NCBI RefSeq assembly: GCF_964355755.1
Contig: NC_092677.1
Span: forward strand, 3,246,101 to 3,310,100
Length of the DNA stretch: 64,000 bases
Direction of reading: 5' to 3'
Origin: Antedon mediterranea
Lineage: Eukaryota > Animalia > Echinodermata
A program made the translations under genes and the position numbers. Shown here one piece after another: positions 1-13,200 of this stretch. The notes beneath the pieces were generated by a model. That model made no database searches, was not told the origin of the DNA, and saw only the letters and a program-made list of their open reading frames with translations. Within the stretch, counting starts at the first letter, position 1; each line of letters opens with the position of its first letter.

Positions 1-877
1 CGCCGATTTTTAGTTGAAGTTCGGTTTATGAATTAAAATGTCATATTTAAAGTTTTAGCTCGAACTACGACTATAGTAGGCTACATAGATTTTTTTCTAA
101 AAATTGCCAAAATTTCCAATTTTTAAAAACAAATATGTAAGCGATAATATTGCCATTTCCCGGTGCCATTTATGCACACAATATTGTGTTAACGTCATAT
201 TATAGAGCCATAGTAACTAGTTAAGTCAAAAAATAAAAGGGTCAAAATTTGGCCATTTTTCTAAAATTTTCCTGTACTATAGGCATGACCAGACAGAATA
301 CTCTGGGACAGTTGCCTACACTTGAATCGACCCGGAGAGGGGGTGAGGGTTGTCGGATATTAATTTCGTAAGATAAAATATTACTGCCATTAATGTTGCT
401 CTAAAAAAAGTACACTAACATAAATGTGACGTCAATATAGGACTTTATTTACGAATTAATACAGTTTTTGAACAAGTAAAATTACATTAAGAAAATGATT
501 ATAATTTGAAATGACGTAGGTGGTTAACGAATTGCCAATAAATGTAATGGATGTAGCCCATGGGCCTAATTATATTTTAAAATATATTATGACGTCATCA
601 TCATAACAAAAACGCTGAGTCGCTCCAACAACGTTAGAGAATGGAAGAACGATATGCAAGGCATTACAAAACAGTTACAAATTGCTTCCCTTTAAAAAAA
701 ATCAATTTTTAACTATCGAAAATCATGTTGCCCAATTTAAGGTTTTGAATAGTGAACATGGTATTGTTAATGTTAGGTATAACTCTCGATATATGATCGA
801 GACGTGACCAATCTGTCCAGTACGCAGCTTGAATATTCTTACGCGTAACACTACTTTCTCTCCAAATACGCATAACT

Positions 878-907
878 GTCGCTGTGGTAACTGGTTACTC
901 AGACAAC
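878..907 (+). promoter_or_regulatory. Two candidate RFX X-boxes upstream of RGSL paralog A
   Basis: GTCGCTGTGGTAAC (878-891) and GTTACTCAGACAAC (894-907), 105-135 bp before the ATG. The first is conserved in paralog B. Confidence 0.5.
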
Positions 908-1010
908 AAAATGCGCAGAAATGTAACAAGTAAAAGTTTTAGTTTTCTATATTATGGTGTCGAGTCGGCAGGCGGAGCGTGGCCGAAGAAAATAAAATAA
1001 CAATTTTAAA

Positions 1011-4000
1011 ATGGATTTTGATATTAATGATTTGGAACCAAAAGGTTAGTTCAGTTTTATATTTACTTTTTAGTTAGGCCTAAGCTAAACGTTTAGTACT
1101 GACTGACAGATTATTCTTTTATTTTCAATCTTTCAGGTCCAATTCCTACCGAGACGGAATTAGCTCGACTTCTTTGTGACCGCACGTTCGTCGACTATTT
1201 CAATATATTTCTATCATTACCGGTAATTTGATTGTAGTTAATAAATGTTTGAAATTCGATAGGCCTATCATATCAATATTCATACTGTATTAGGATTGGC
1301 ATGTATAGTCTATCACTAGCCTAGGCCTAGATTCTTTCATTTCACAATTTATTTTCTTTAAGATTTTTGCTCAACGGTTGTTATATCGTTTCTCGGAGCA
1401 TGTATTTGAGCTTGACCCTCCTTTAAAACGAACTCAATACGTAAGTAATATATGTAAAATATAGGCAAGGATAAGGTGCAGTACTGTAAATAAAATTACT
1501 TAAAAAAAAAAAAATATTATTATTATTCGAACTTTATAAATAATGTTTAAGCGTTTAGATCGAGTGAAGTTGATGAGATGGGTGAGAACGCATCGTGCTC
1601 CACTATTCTTCAAGACAGACCTCTATCTACATTACATTCTGTGTAAGCATCTACTAAAGACACATTTATACCAACCAACTCATGCAATTACTACTGAATA
1701 TGGTAAGTAAAAATTAACGTAGTAAGGCCAATTTACACAGTAACCGGAAAAAAACAAAATATAGAATCTATGTTATTTATTATACCATTTAGGCCTACAC
1801 AAAACAGGAAAGATACAAACACTACGATCGGTACAAGCTCTCGGTTTTCCGCTTACGGTCACCGCTCATATGTGTAAATTGGCTTAATCTAACCTTCTCT
1901 TTGAGAGTGGAATTTTGTCATGACAAACTTCCTAACCACTGACAGAAATTGAACCAATGACTGCGGTATTAGTAGTCGAGCATCTTAACGACCAAACCGC
2001 ACAACACACCCTGCCTGTACTAATATATTTTATTTACCTCCATCTTTCTCGATAAACCCATAACTAGGCTTGAAAGACAAGACATTAGACCGAAGGCTTC
2101 TTAGCAAATGCTTAAGCAAAGCATCCGGAATGCGACGCTTTCGGACGTTTTTGGTTGGCACCGCAGGAGAACGAGGCTACGAGTTCTGGATAGATGCCGA
2201 ACGATTTCGAAAAGCGACGACAGATGACAAAGAACTGAGTCGGGAACTGTTTCGTGAAATCTCGGCCAAGTATTACAAAAACGGAGGAGTTATGGAACTG
2301 TGGGACGAATGGAAGCCCTTTTCAGGTAGTATCATCTTTTCATTTTAATTCCATAATCACAACAGTAATCATAATCATAATCACAACAGTCATAATCATA
2401 ATTACAACACGGTAATCATAATCATAATCACAACAGTAATCAGAATCACAACAGTAATCATAATCACAACAGTAATCATAATCATAATCACAACAGTAAT
2501 CATAATTATAATCACAAAAGTAATCATAATTATCACTACCGTATTTGAAATTCATATATGAAACTGATTCATATTATTTCAGAGTTAAAGCGTCGCAAAC
2601 GTGACGTCATGTTAACTGCAGTTTCTGATGCGGCAACAGATTCCAGCATTAATAACAACAATGAAATATTGAACACGTTTACCATCGTCCAGGGATTCAT
2701 CTTAAAATCTCTCCAAAATTACTGGGTTCCACGATTTCTGATCAGATGTAAGGCCACGTGGATTAAAAATAGAGAAGGTAAGTAAGACGTCATCATAGGC
2801 CTACTAGATGTCATAGGTGTTAGTGACAATGATAGGCCTGGCAATTCTCTTTGACACAACCTCGTTAAATATTTTCAATGTTCACCCTTTGTTTCAGTTC
2901 AAAAGGACATAGTGTATCAACCTGATTGTTGCATGGTTCACGTTCGAAATTTGTCTGAACTTACCGACACCGACGAAGGTGCCAACAAACAGGAAATGAT
3001 GTCAGATAACATTAAGGTCGCGCGCAAGACGCATCTCAAGAGCCAGAGTGTCAACAATCTGCTTTCAATGTTCACATCATCCAGTATCAGGCGTTCTGAA
3101 CTGGCAGCCATGTTGAAATTAGAAGATACCGGAGAAACGACAACAGCTAATAAAGACCAGTATGACGAGAATGAATGGAATACGAGTGATGGGTTTCCTC
3201 TACCAACTATCTCTGAGGAAGATATTTCTGAAGAAACAGAACCAACTACACCACCACCACCAGAAGCTGACAACGCGTGTGTTGAACCGGTACTCACACC
3301 AAAAGAAAAACAAGAGCAACAACAAAAAACAGAAATCGTTTCTAAAAAAAGTGAAGTATTTCACGATGACAGTCAAAAAGAATGTAAGTCACAAATGATA
3401 TGCTTCAATAAGCAATGGTTTTGTTCTATTATTAGATCTAGTATTATTTCTGTTACTTAACTGTAATATCCGTCTTTTTTCAGTGAATGCTGTAGAGGTC
3501 GATTTAAAGAAGCAAATAAGCAAAGAAACAGTAACTAATAAAAAACCAGATGAAATACCAACTAACATAGACGAAACTACGCAACAGGTCACTGAATCTG
3601 ATGAAGATAAAAAACAAGACACCAAAGATGACGATGAAGAAAAAAGAATAGACAACGAAAAATTTAACCAGTATCACGAACGGTTTAAAAAGATGGCTCA
3701 GCGCAGACGACAGAGTTTTGCCACACCTGAACTTTTGGCGCGAGATTCCAGTTCATCCAGCATGCGCCGACTGTCATGGTCTTCTTCTGGTGTTGCATCA
3801 TTACGAAGAATTTCCACGGGGTCTTTCACAACAGAAAAACAAGAAGTAATAGTAACAAAGACTCCTGTGCCACCAAAGAAAAAGAAATATAAACCACAGA
3901 AAAGACGACAACAAGCTATGTCAGTCGAATTTCGTCTTGGTGATTTCTCAATGCTAATGCAATCACTCACAAACGAGTCTAGCGCTCCGACGACGACTGC

Positions 4001-7000
4001 TGAAGAGACTACCAAACCCAAAGCAGGAAAGAAAGGCAAAAAGAAACCAATTGGCGACCCCTCCCTTGAAGATGCACTCAAACTTGGTTTACCCCAACTT
4101 CAAGCAGACATTCTAGCACTTCAGAAAGTCAAGGAAGATGGTCCAAAGAAGAAAAAGAAAACAAAGACAGACGAAGAACCTCCAAACGCAACAAAAGGAG
4201 GACGCCGAGGTTCAATAAAAGCAGACTCTACAAAAATGGCGGGAAGAAGACGAAAGGTATCATCTGGACGTAGAGTAAGTGGTGAGATGGGACCATTGAC
4301 CAAAGCGAACTTGGCACGTTTGGAGCAGATTGCCAATAAAGCGATGGGAAAGTCTTGTGACAACGAAGACAAGCTTAAGTTACCAGAGATTAAGAAGCCG
4401 AGCATAATATCTATAGGCACTGAGCAAACAGTCAGTCAATCAGAATGTGATCCAATGGTTTCCTCTTTACCTAGCCTGACAAACAAGTCCCACTTAAGCG
4501 CCTTCCACAAAGTTTCTGTAACGGAACCATGTTATGTCTATTGGAACTTAAGATCCGTTGTCAATAAAACCGAAATTGTTAGCGTGTTTGACACAATTGT
4601 TTCGGACAGACTTGCAGGGGGTCCGTTTGAAAATTTCTTACGTAGAAACGGTCAGCAACAAAACATCAACTGCTTGAAATTCTGGCAGAAGTCTGAAGAT
4701 TACCTAAACACTGCCATCTATCAATGTGATGTCAGCGGCCATAGAGTAAGGTACATTACTGCAATGCATATCAAAACAGTATATCTTGCCAGCTCCAGTA
4801 GTCAGTGTATTCAACTTGGAAATGACCTGATGGAAAAATTGGCGGAATACCTGACATTGGATAGTTATGTTGCAGACGAATTTGTTCGATATGTACAAGG
4901 CCTGGTTTGTGAAAAGCTGAGAGAAGTGTTGCAACTGTTCAAGAAGTACGATGGAGAGGACTTTCTCAATCGAACGGTACGGTCGAGATGGACATATAAT
5001 AGGCTTACAGTATATTCAATTCAATCCCATCATATCACTTTCAAACGTCTTATTTCTATTTTTACAGACAAGAAAGAAAGCGGCCAGGTTTTGGATGAAG
5101 CGAAGTGATCAACAACAAGCAGCGTCAATCCTGCCATCCAGCTTGACTAACCATCAGCAGCCACCTAAAAAGGACGACATTACCGACGACAAGTCTGGTA
5201 ATGCCACGACCTCCAAGACCAACGCTGACGATGATACAGGTCTTTCAAAGGCTCTTGTTCCGCGCAGAATGATAAAATCATTAGAGCGTGCAAAAAGCTT
5301 GTCAGCTTTCGCAAGTAAGTTATTAGACTTGATCTTAAAACATTTCGATCTGTATCAAAAAAATATATCCGAATAATGTTTATACATTTTAATGCTCGTT
5401 CTTGATGTTAAAATCAAGTAAAATTCTTTATTTATTAATTTTGTATCTGATTAACAAATATTAATAGCAAAAAAACGTATTTTTCTGATTTTGTTTAGAA
5501 AACGAAAATGAAGACAGCATGGCCGACTTGTCAGATCCAGATAGTGACAGTGACGATGAAGGAAGTTTGAAACCGACAAAGATTAAAGTTATTCGTAAAT
5601 GTTAGTACACAATAAAAAGTAATTACATGAATTAGAAAAGACATGCATTTATTTTTGGATCACTTCTATAAATCAGCAATCTGTTTTGATCTTAGGTAAA
5701 GAGGAAGTGAAATATATCGAAGAACCAGAGAAGATCGAATCGAAAGAAGAAACAAAAGCAGTGGAAAAAATAGAAATTAGACGTACACAAACTGGCAGAA
5801 TAGAATCAAAAGATATGTTGAAAGCTAGCGGCTCAACTTTAGAAACTATCAAGAAAAATGGCAAGACTCTCCACCGACCGTTGCAACCCAAGTAAGACTT
5901 GTCTAACTTCAGTATGATGTTCCCTTCGTTATCTTTAAATTCGTTATCTTAAATTCGTTATTATATAAGTATACAAATACTGGTGCCAATTTCAGATAAT
6001 TCAATGAGATACTAAAGGCCAACTCGGACAGCGTCGTACGACAAGTCCAGACGAAACTTCTTGACTCTTCTGTGCTGTCTGAGTTGAATCCCGACGAGAC
6101 GAGTCGTCTGATCGTGAGAAAGCGTCGGACGTAGTTTTTAGGTCATCGAGAGAAATTGTTTAATTTTGTATCGGGTGTCGTCGTACGACGCTGTCTGAGT
6201 TGGCCTTTAAACATTAGTCCTCTGGTGCCTTTCAACTACATTATGTCTACATGATCTCTTAATTTACTGGTGACTTTTTTCAGTGAGACATTCACATATA
6301 GCTCTCAACTTGAGTTCATCAGTCCTCTTTCTTCTTTTCAATTCCAGTATGTCTCCATGTTATTTCATCTCTTAACGTTAATTTCAGATCATTTAGTGAG
6401 ATACTCAGAGACAGCTCTCAACTTGAGTTCTTCAAACGATTCTTGGCACGTGAGAAGAGTGACTTGCCAATCCTCTTTTGGCAATCTGTGGAGAATATGA
6501 AGAATGTTTGCAAAGACGCCAAATCACGACAAAGCAAGACCAACCAGATTGTCAGAAAGTACTTCAACAAATCCACTGGATATGGTATGTAGCTTGTTAG
6601 TAAAGAATTTTTATCAAAGCCAAGAAAGCTTGTGCGCATGCGTATAACCACGTTTAATTTCCATACGTACATTCATTCCAGGTTCGGCTTTGCAGTGTAG
6701 CGCTGAAATAATTGAAGATATTCCATATTTGGACAAAGTGACACCTCAGATGATCATGTCAGCTCAGGTCTGTGTCGCTAAGAGCATCGAAGATAATTGG
6801 TGAGCAAATAGACTCCTTAAGCTTCTCCAAATATTTTTAAATTTGTTTTTAAAATTACGATTTGATTTCTCCTTGTATTTGTTTACTTTTCATTGTTATT
6901 CGATTATATTTTTAAGGTTTGAATTATACAGAGACTCATTTCCGGAAGAAGAGGCGGAGACGACAGGGACCGAGTCTCTGCTCACAATTCGAATGGCACC

Positions 7001-9065
7001 AGGACAGAAAAGTGTAAGAATAAACTCATTTAAATGTATAAGCTATCATAGTAATGACATTGTTAATGTTGGTATGCAAGTTCGGTTTCCACTTGAAATG
7101 ACATGTAACTTTGATAATCCGCCGACTGTCGCTTATGATTGGTCAATTCACTGCGTTACGAAGCGTGACGATGCGCAATAATGAAGTAATGCTTTTCGTT
7201 ACTTTCAGAAAGCATTATGGGGAATGTTCATCAGTAATGTGGCCAGCGTTCGACGAGGATTAATGAACCCAGTATTGTTAAACCTATTCGAGAAGTTCGT
7301 GCAAAAAGAAGTTCATAAAGAGCTCGAAAGTAAGCCCATTAGTTAACTTAAATCATCGCAAAAATACAAACATTGTTACAGGTTTATAATAAGCTTTTGA
7401 ATCAAAATGAAAATTGTAAAACTTTACATTACCCCGAGTACAACTCTTTCTTCCTATTTATGTCCGCCGTTTATGCATTACGTCATTCATAACGGATTGT
7501 AACTAGTACGTACCATCGCACTACTGTAAACATTACTTTTTTTCTTGTTTCTGTCAGAACAAAAACAAACCGGTGTTCAATCTAAACGAATGATCTGTAA
7601 CAAAGTAGTGATTGTTGATAGAATACAGAACGACCTCAGATTCTGGGCAGAGGTAGAAAGGTAGGCTACAAATATCGATACGATGATGACAAGTAAAGCT
7701 ACCATTGAACCCCAACTATCAATCTTGCCCCGTGTTTATGTCGTTTATGCATTACGTCATTTAATGAATTAATCACGCATAACGGATTGTAACTAGCGCT
7801 GTCACACTACTACCAAGACAGTTTATATTATTGCAAACTATTATCTATCTATCTGTATGATTTTTTGACAGGTACAAACAGTTAACTGATAACGCCGCCA
7901 GAGCAGCCTCACAAGGAACCTACACGATTGACGACGAAGAGTTTGTCCAACTGAAGGCACGAGCCATTATCAGTTGTTACATTGATTCACATGTACTACC
8001 TAAGCTACAGGTTAGTATGGTACTCCCAAATCTGCAACAGTCACTAGATATATCCTAACTGACGAGCGCAAGTCATTGAGATACAAGATTACTGTACGTT
8101 ACATTTGAAACTTCGAATATAAGTTTTCTAACATGGGTATTCACGACTCAATTTCAGATTAACATATCGCAAGAATTAGCAGATCAGATCCTGGATACAG
8201 CAAACAGTGGACTGATAGAAAGAGGATTGTTCCACGACGCGATAGTATCAATATTCGCTGTTGTACTCTATTGCTGGAAAAAGTAAGAATTGTTATGATT
8301 GCTTAGACGTTTTTAGTTTTTAAACTGAGAAAAGAATGAAATTATAGTACAGTGTGCCGAACGACCAATTTGTTAGTTTTATTTGTATAATAACGTTTTA
8401 TTTCGTTAGGTTTTGTAGAGAAAGGATTGCGCCGTCTGAGTCTGCAACATTGACTAAGCCTCCCAAGACCAAGAAACGCAGCAAGAGATCACCATTGAAG
8501 TTTAAGAATGGTCAATACAAATTAAAACACATTACTGGAACATCTGGTGAGCATGAAATCAAACCCAACAATTCAGTCACCGAATGCAAACAAAAACTCC
8601 ACACAAACTCTATACATTTTGTCTCACTTTCTCAAAATTCTCCGCAAACAATCTTTCATTGAAATGTGGCAGTGTTTTTACAATTATTCGCCATGCAAAC
8701 ATTTAAACAATAATATTGCGTAATAATTAGTGTAAGATTTGGTATAAACTTGTTGATTGTTTTACTTGATAGTGGACGACCCACCGAAGATAACGTTCAA
8801 CCTACAGCAGGGCCTGGAACTAATTCTACCGCCTAAACCAAAGTCCGCCGTAAACCACGACCGTTACCGCAACATGATGCGGCAACTATACCAATCCGGT
8901 GAATTTGACAGCGGCGGCACAAACGACATACTACTGAACGTCATGCAGCAGTCGTCACAGGGAATGAGCGCTAAGCAACATAGAAGGTTTAGCCAGTCTA
9001 TAAATAGCATTAGACAACAGTTAAAATTTGCACAGCAATTTATGCCTGCTGGTGTGCCTAACTAA
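1011..9065 (+). CDS. RGSL1/RGS22-like regulator of G-protein signaling protein, paralog A (20 exons)
   Basis: Phase-consistent GT-AG exons: 1011-1044, 1137-1222, 1363-1440, 1552-1702, 2068-2325, 2583-2777, 2898-3383, 3484-4976, 5068-5314, 5499-5594, 5696-5891, 6388-6584, 6682-6799, 6917-7013, 7209-7329, 7558-7660, 7872-8010, 8158-8282, 8410-8546, 8773-9065. The N-terminus (LLCDRTFVDYFNIFLSLP-IFAQ...WVRTHRAPLFFKTDLYLHYILC) resembles RGSL1/RGS22. Several RGS-like motifs are present (FRTFL..EFWIDAERFR; FENFL..LKFWQKSEDY; FFKRFL..LFWQSVENMK; LRFWAEVERY..INISQELADQI). Confidence 0.85.
1723..1886. mobile_element. MITE, family 2
   Basis: TIR TAAGGCCAATTTACACA...TGTGTAAATTGGCTTA; a related copy lies in the opposite orientation at 28840-29016. 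Confidence 0.7.
1895..2005 (-). mobile_element. Degenerate tRNA-derived SINE fragment
   Basis: Reverse complement shows a GGTTCAATTTC B-box-like motif and the CATGACAAAATTCCACTCTCAAA body seen in other copies. Confidence 0.45.
2351..2535. repeat. Intronic (ATAATC)n/ACAACAGTAATC microsatellite
   Basis: Direct hexamer-based repeats in intron 5 of paralog A. Confidence 0.9.
6013..6209. mobile_element. MITE with about 30-bp TIR, TA-flanked
   Basis: TAAAGGCCAACTCGGACAGCGTCGTACGAC...GTCGTACGACGCTGTCTGAGTTGGCCTTTA (1 mismatch); absent from paralog B. Confidence 0.85.
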
Positions 9066-9234
9066 ATGCAATTCAACAAATCCTAGACAGAATATTGTTT
9101 TGTTTATGACGTCATAACGAACTAATACTTTTTCTTCAAACGAAATAATGTTGTTGTATCAATTAAAGTTAAGTAACATAAGTTTCAAATGGTTTTTTTT
9201 AACCGAATAATATGACAATAATACACAAACTCGT

Positions 9235-9345
9235 GACGACATAATGCGATAGTTGACGACATAATGCGATAGTTGACGTCATAATGCGATAGTGACGTCA
9301 TAATGCGATAGTTGACGTCATAATGCCATAGTTAACGTCATATTG
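9235..9345. repeat. About 20-bp tandem repeat (GACGTCATAATGCGATAGTT) downstream of paralog A
   Basis: About 5 units; a homologous array lies at 21030-21325. Confidence 0.85.
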
Positions 9346-10133
9346 CTTATGAATGAATGTATACATTAGTGGACAGAATTCCAATATCATTATAATCCAT
9401 TAACGATAACATTTTAGATGCTTCGTCACTCTCTTTGGTTTGAACTCAGGGCCTTACTCTACCGATCATTTGCATGTTGTCGCCGTGCGTACAGATAAAA
9501 ATGCGATTGATTTTTAAAATCTCATACTAACTCAATTTAATTCAATTACTAACTAAATGTAGGTTGTAGAACGTTTGATGGTCAATAACTAGCTATCATC
9601 AAAGAACGTTGATATCATTGGTCAGAATAGAATTTCTTTAAAAATGTTAAACATTAAAATGCCTATATGGGTACGATACGGTACGGTATAGGAGAACGTG
9701 CATGGATGGTGCCTAGATTTAGCATAACAGTTAATAACACGTCGTACAGCCTACGTGTTTCTTATCTGCATTTTAATAAGGCTATATACATGGCTGCAGT
9801 CGCGTGCTAAAATTTGAGCAACCGACCTACATAGGCCTAGTGAGCTGTAGAGTCGCGTTTGTACGCGACTAAAAATACTAATATTATAATTGCTGAGAAT
9901 TACCTTAATTTTATTTGACTTATTTGTCCAGCAGTTTTACGTATATGAGTATGTCACATCTTACCTACCACCACACGCCGCTTTGTGAGTCTTGAATGAC
10001 GTCATTTTGTTTGTACACCGTTCTTTTAGCTAGATATTACTAGAGCGCCATTAAATGAAAAAGAATATAGTGCGTATCGTGCGAACAACGCGTCGGGCCG
10101 GCGCAACCTTACATTTTTCCGAAATACGCATCT

Positions 10134-10147
10134 GTCGCTGTAGTAAC
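10134..10147 (+). promoter_or_regulatory. Candidate RFX X-box upstream of RGSL paralog B
   Basis: GTCGCTGTAGTAAC lies inside a short block (AAATACGCAT..CTGTCGCTGT.GTAACT) shared with the paralog A promoter, whereas the flanks have diverged. Confidence 0.5.
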
Positions 10148-10281
10148 TAGCACTGGTGGGAGACAACAACAACAAAGGTACACTCGGAACAACCGGCCGT
10201 ACAGGTTTTAATATACGATGTCGGCGATGGCTGAGAGACTTGACGAGTAAAACAATATAAGAAAGGATAAATGAATTTAAA

Positions 10282-13200
10282 ATGGATTTTGATATAAATG
10301 ATTTAGAACCAAAAGGTGAGATCAGTTTTCTATGTTAGTTACTAACGACAGCTCGTACCTAAACATCTAGGCTATGCTAGTGGTGAGGTGATCATAAAAA
10401 ATATTCTTTTTGATTTTCAATCTTTCAGGTCCAATTCCTACCGAGACGGAATTAGCTCGACTGCTTTCTGACCGCACGTTCGTCGATTATTTCAATATAT
10501 TTCTATCTTTACCGGTAAAGTCTAATCAGTGTTTAAAATTTAATATCAATATTCATATTATTATAGGCCCCCTATAATGAATACTTTCTCCGTTTACAGC
10601 ACAACACAGAAACGGTAGCTTTACTTTTTAGGCCTACATAAAATTTACAATCATTTTGTCTTTCATATTTAAACAGATTTTTGCTCAACGGTTGTTATAT
10701 CGTTTCTCGGAGCATGTATTTGAGCTAGACCCTCCTTTAAAACGAACTGAACACGTAAGTTAATATTAGCCTTAATGGTATCATAAGTTATTATAACTAT
10801 GAATACTTCTTGCTTAAAATAAAAGATGAACCTGTAATGTATACTATGAGGTGTGCCTATTGTAAGTTATTCTAAATATCACCTTTAATTCATGTCTTGA
10901 AAGCGTTTAGATCGAGTGAAGTTAATGAGATGGTTGAGAACGCATCGTGCTCCGCTATTCTTTAAAACAGACCTCTACCTACATTACACTCTGTGTAAGC
11001 ATCTACTAAAGACACATTTACACCAGCCAACTCATGCAATTACTACTGAAAACGGTAAATAACGTATAACAATGCATTACATTGAAATTTAGTGGAAGGA
11101 AAAGCTATAAGAGACTATAAAGCTCTGTCCACACTATCAAACTCTGTGACAAACGTCAAACAAATGTGATGTGCCCATAATGATGTCATGGCACACCACA
11201 CTTTTTTTCACAAACCAGTTTGAAAGTGTAGACAGATCTTAATAAGATGAGCATAGACGTGATTGAAAGAATAAGGGCTAGAGATTAAACCTAAGTACAA
11301 TACTATACTGTTTATCTCATTCTCAATATAACAAAAATACGGTAAATAGGATTGGAAGACAAGACAATAGACCGAAACCTTCTTAGCAAATGCTTAAGCA
11401 AAGCATCCGGAATGCGACGCTTTCGGACGTTTTTGGTTGGCACCGCAGGAGAACGAGGCTACGAGTTCTGGATAGATGCCGAACGATTCCGAAAAGCGAC
11501 GAAAGATGACAAAGAACTGAGTCGGGAACTGTTCAGTAAAATCTCGGCCAAGTATTACAAAAATGGAGGAGTTATGGAACTGTGGGACGAATGGAAGCCT
11601 TGTTCAGGTATTGATATAATATTCATCATCTTCGGCCATCATTTCAATTTGATATGATTATCATCATCATTACCGGTATTGATTATAAATTATTATCATT
11701 ATTTGTCTCTGTATCAATGCTAATTTTTGATAAACTATTTCATATTAACAATTCAGAGTTCATGAGTCGCAAACATGGTATATTACCTGTAGATTCTGAT
11801 AAGACGACGACAGATTCCTTTGATACTATAAACACATTAACTATCGTCCAAGGATTTATCCTGAAATCTTTAAAAAATTACTGGGTTCCACGATTTCTGA
11901 TCAGCAGTAAGACAACGTGGATGAAAAATAGAGAAGGTTAGTAAGACGTCATAAGATAATACATCGCTTGTGATTGGTCAAATCACTTGCGTTGCGTGCT
12001 AGTGGTAACCAAGCATAAGTTTTACTTTTATACTCAACCCAGAGGCTAGGACGTTACCTAAACAGTATAATATCACCTTTTCTCTTCAACAGTTCAAAGA
12101 GACATTGTGTATCAACCTGGTTGTTGTATGATTCACGTTCGAAGTTTGTCTGAACTTACCGACACCGACAAAGGTTCCAAAAAACAGGAAGTGATGTCAG
12201 ATAACATTAGGGTTGAAGGCAAGACGCATCTCAACGTGCTGTCAATGTTCACATCGTCGAGTATTAGTACCGAACTGGCAGCCACGTTGAAATTAGAAGA
12301 TACAGTAGTTAATAAAGACCAGTATGACGAGAATGAATGGAACCCACCTGATGGATTGCCTCCACCTAATATTTCCGTGGAAAAAATTTCAGAAGAGACA
12401 GAACCCACTACTCCACCATCAGAATCTCCTGACAACTTGGATATTGAACCAGTACACACACCAGAAGGACAACAACCAATGGTTCCTCAAAAGGAAGGCA
12501 AGTTATAAATGAAAAACGTCGTAAGCAATGACCTTGTTCTCTGTTCAGTTTTTTTAACTTAACTGAGATGTGCCTCTTTGTTTTTCCAGTGGAAACAGTA
12601 GAGAAGAGTAGAGAGCAAAATAGCAAAGAAACAGTATCTCAGAAAACTGAAGAAACATCTGATAAAACAGACGAAATACAACAAGTCATTGAATCTGATG
12701 ACGATAAAAAACAAGAGTTGATGGATAATGATGCTGCAAGAACTTCCATGGGATCGACTGAAAAACAAGACGTTAGAGAAATAAAATCTCCTGGGCCACG
12801 AAAGAAAAAGAAAAACACACCAGAAAAAGGCATCGAATTCAGTGATTTATCAATGCTAATGCAATCACGTACACGCGAATCTAGTGCTGCTGAAGAGACT
12901 ACTTCTAAATTCAAAGGAGGGGAGAAAGGTAAAAAGATTGGCGACCCCTCTCTTGAAGATGCACGCAAACCGGGTTTACGACAACTTCAGAAAGTAAAAG
13001 AAAACGGTTCAAACAATAAAACAGACCCTTTAAACGCTACAAAAGACAAATACAGAGAGTCATTAAAAGCACATTACATAACGATGGGGGGAGGAAGAAG
13101 AAAGACTCCTGGAAAAAATGGTGTAATGAGACCATTAACCAAAGCGAACTTGGCACGTTTAGAGCAGATAGCCAATAAAGCGATGGGGAAGGTTGAGGAG

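Noticed and set aside
1-360. Possible transposon fragment at the window start
   Set aside because: No second terminus or additional copy is visible in the window, so it cannot be supported.
2938-4934. Antisense ORFs over RGSL exons (also 12133-13782 and those over KCC and cadherin exons)
   Set aside because: Shadow ORFs of real coding exons; similarity between paralogs simply follows the sense-strand duplication.
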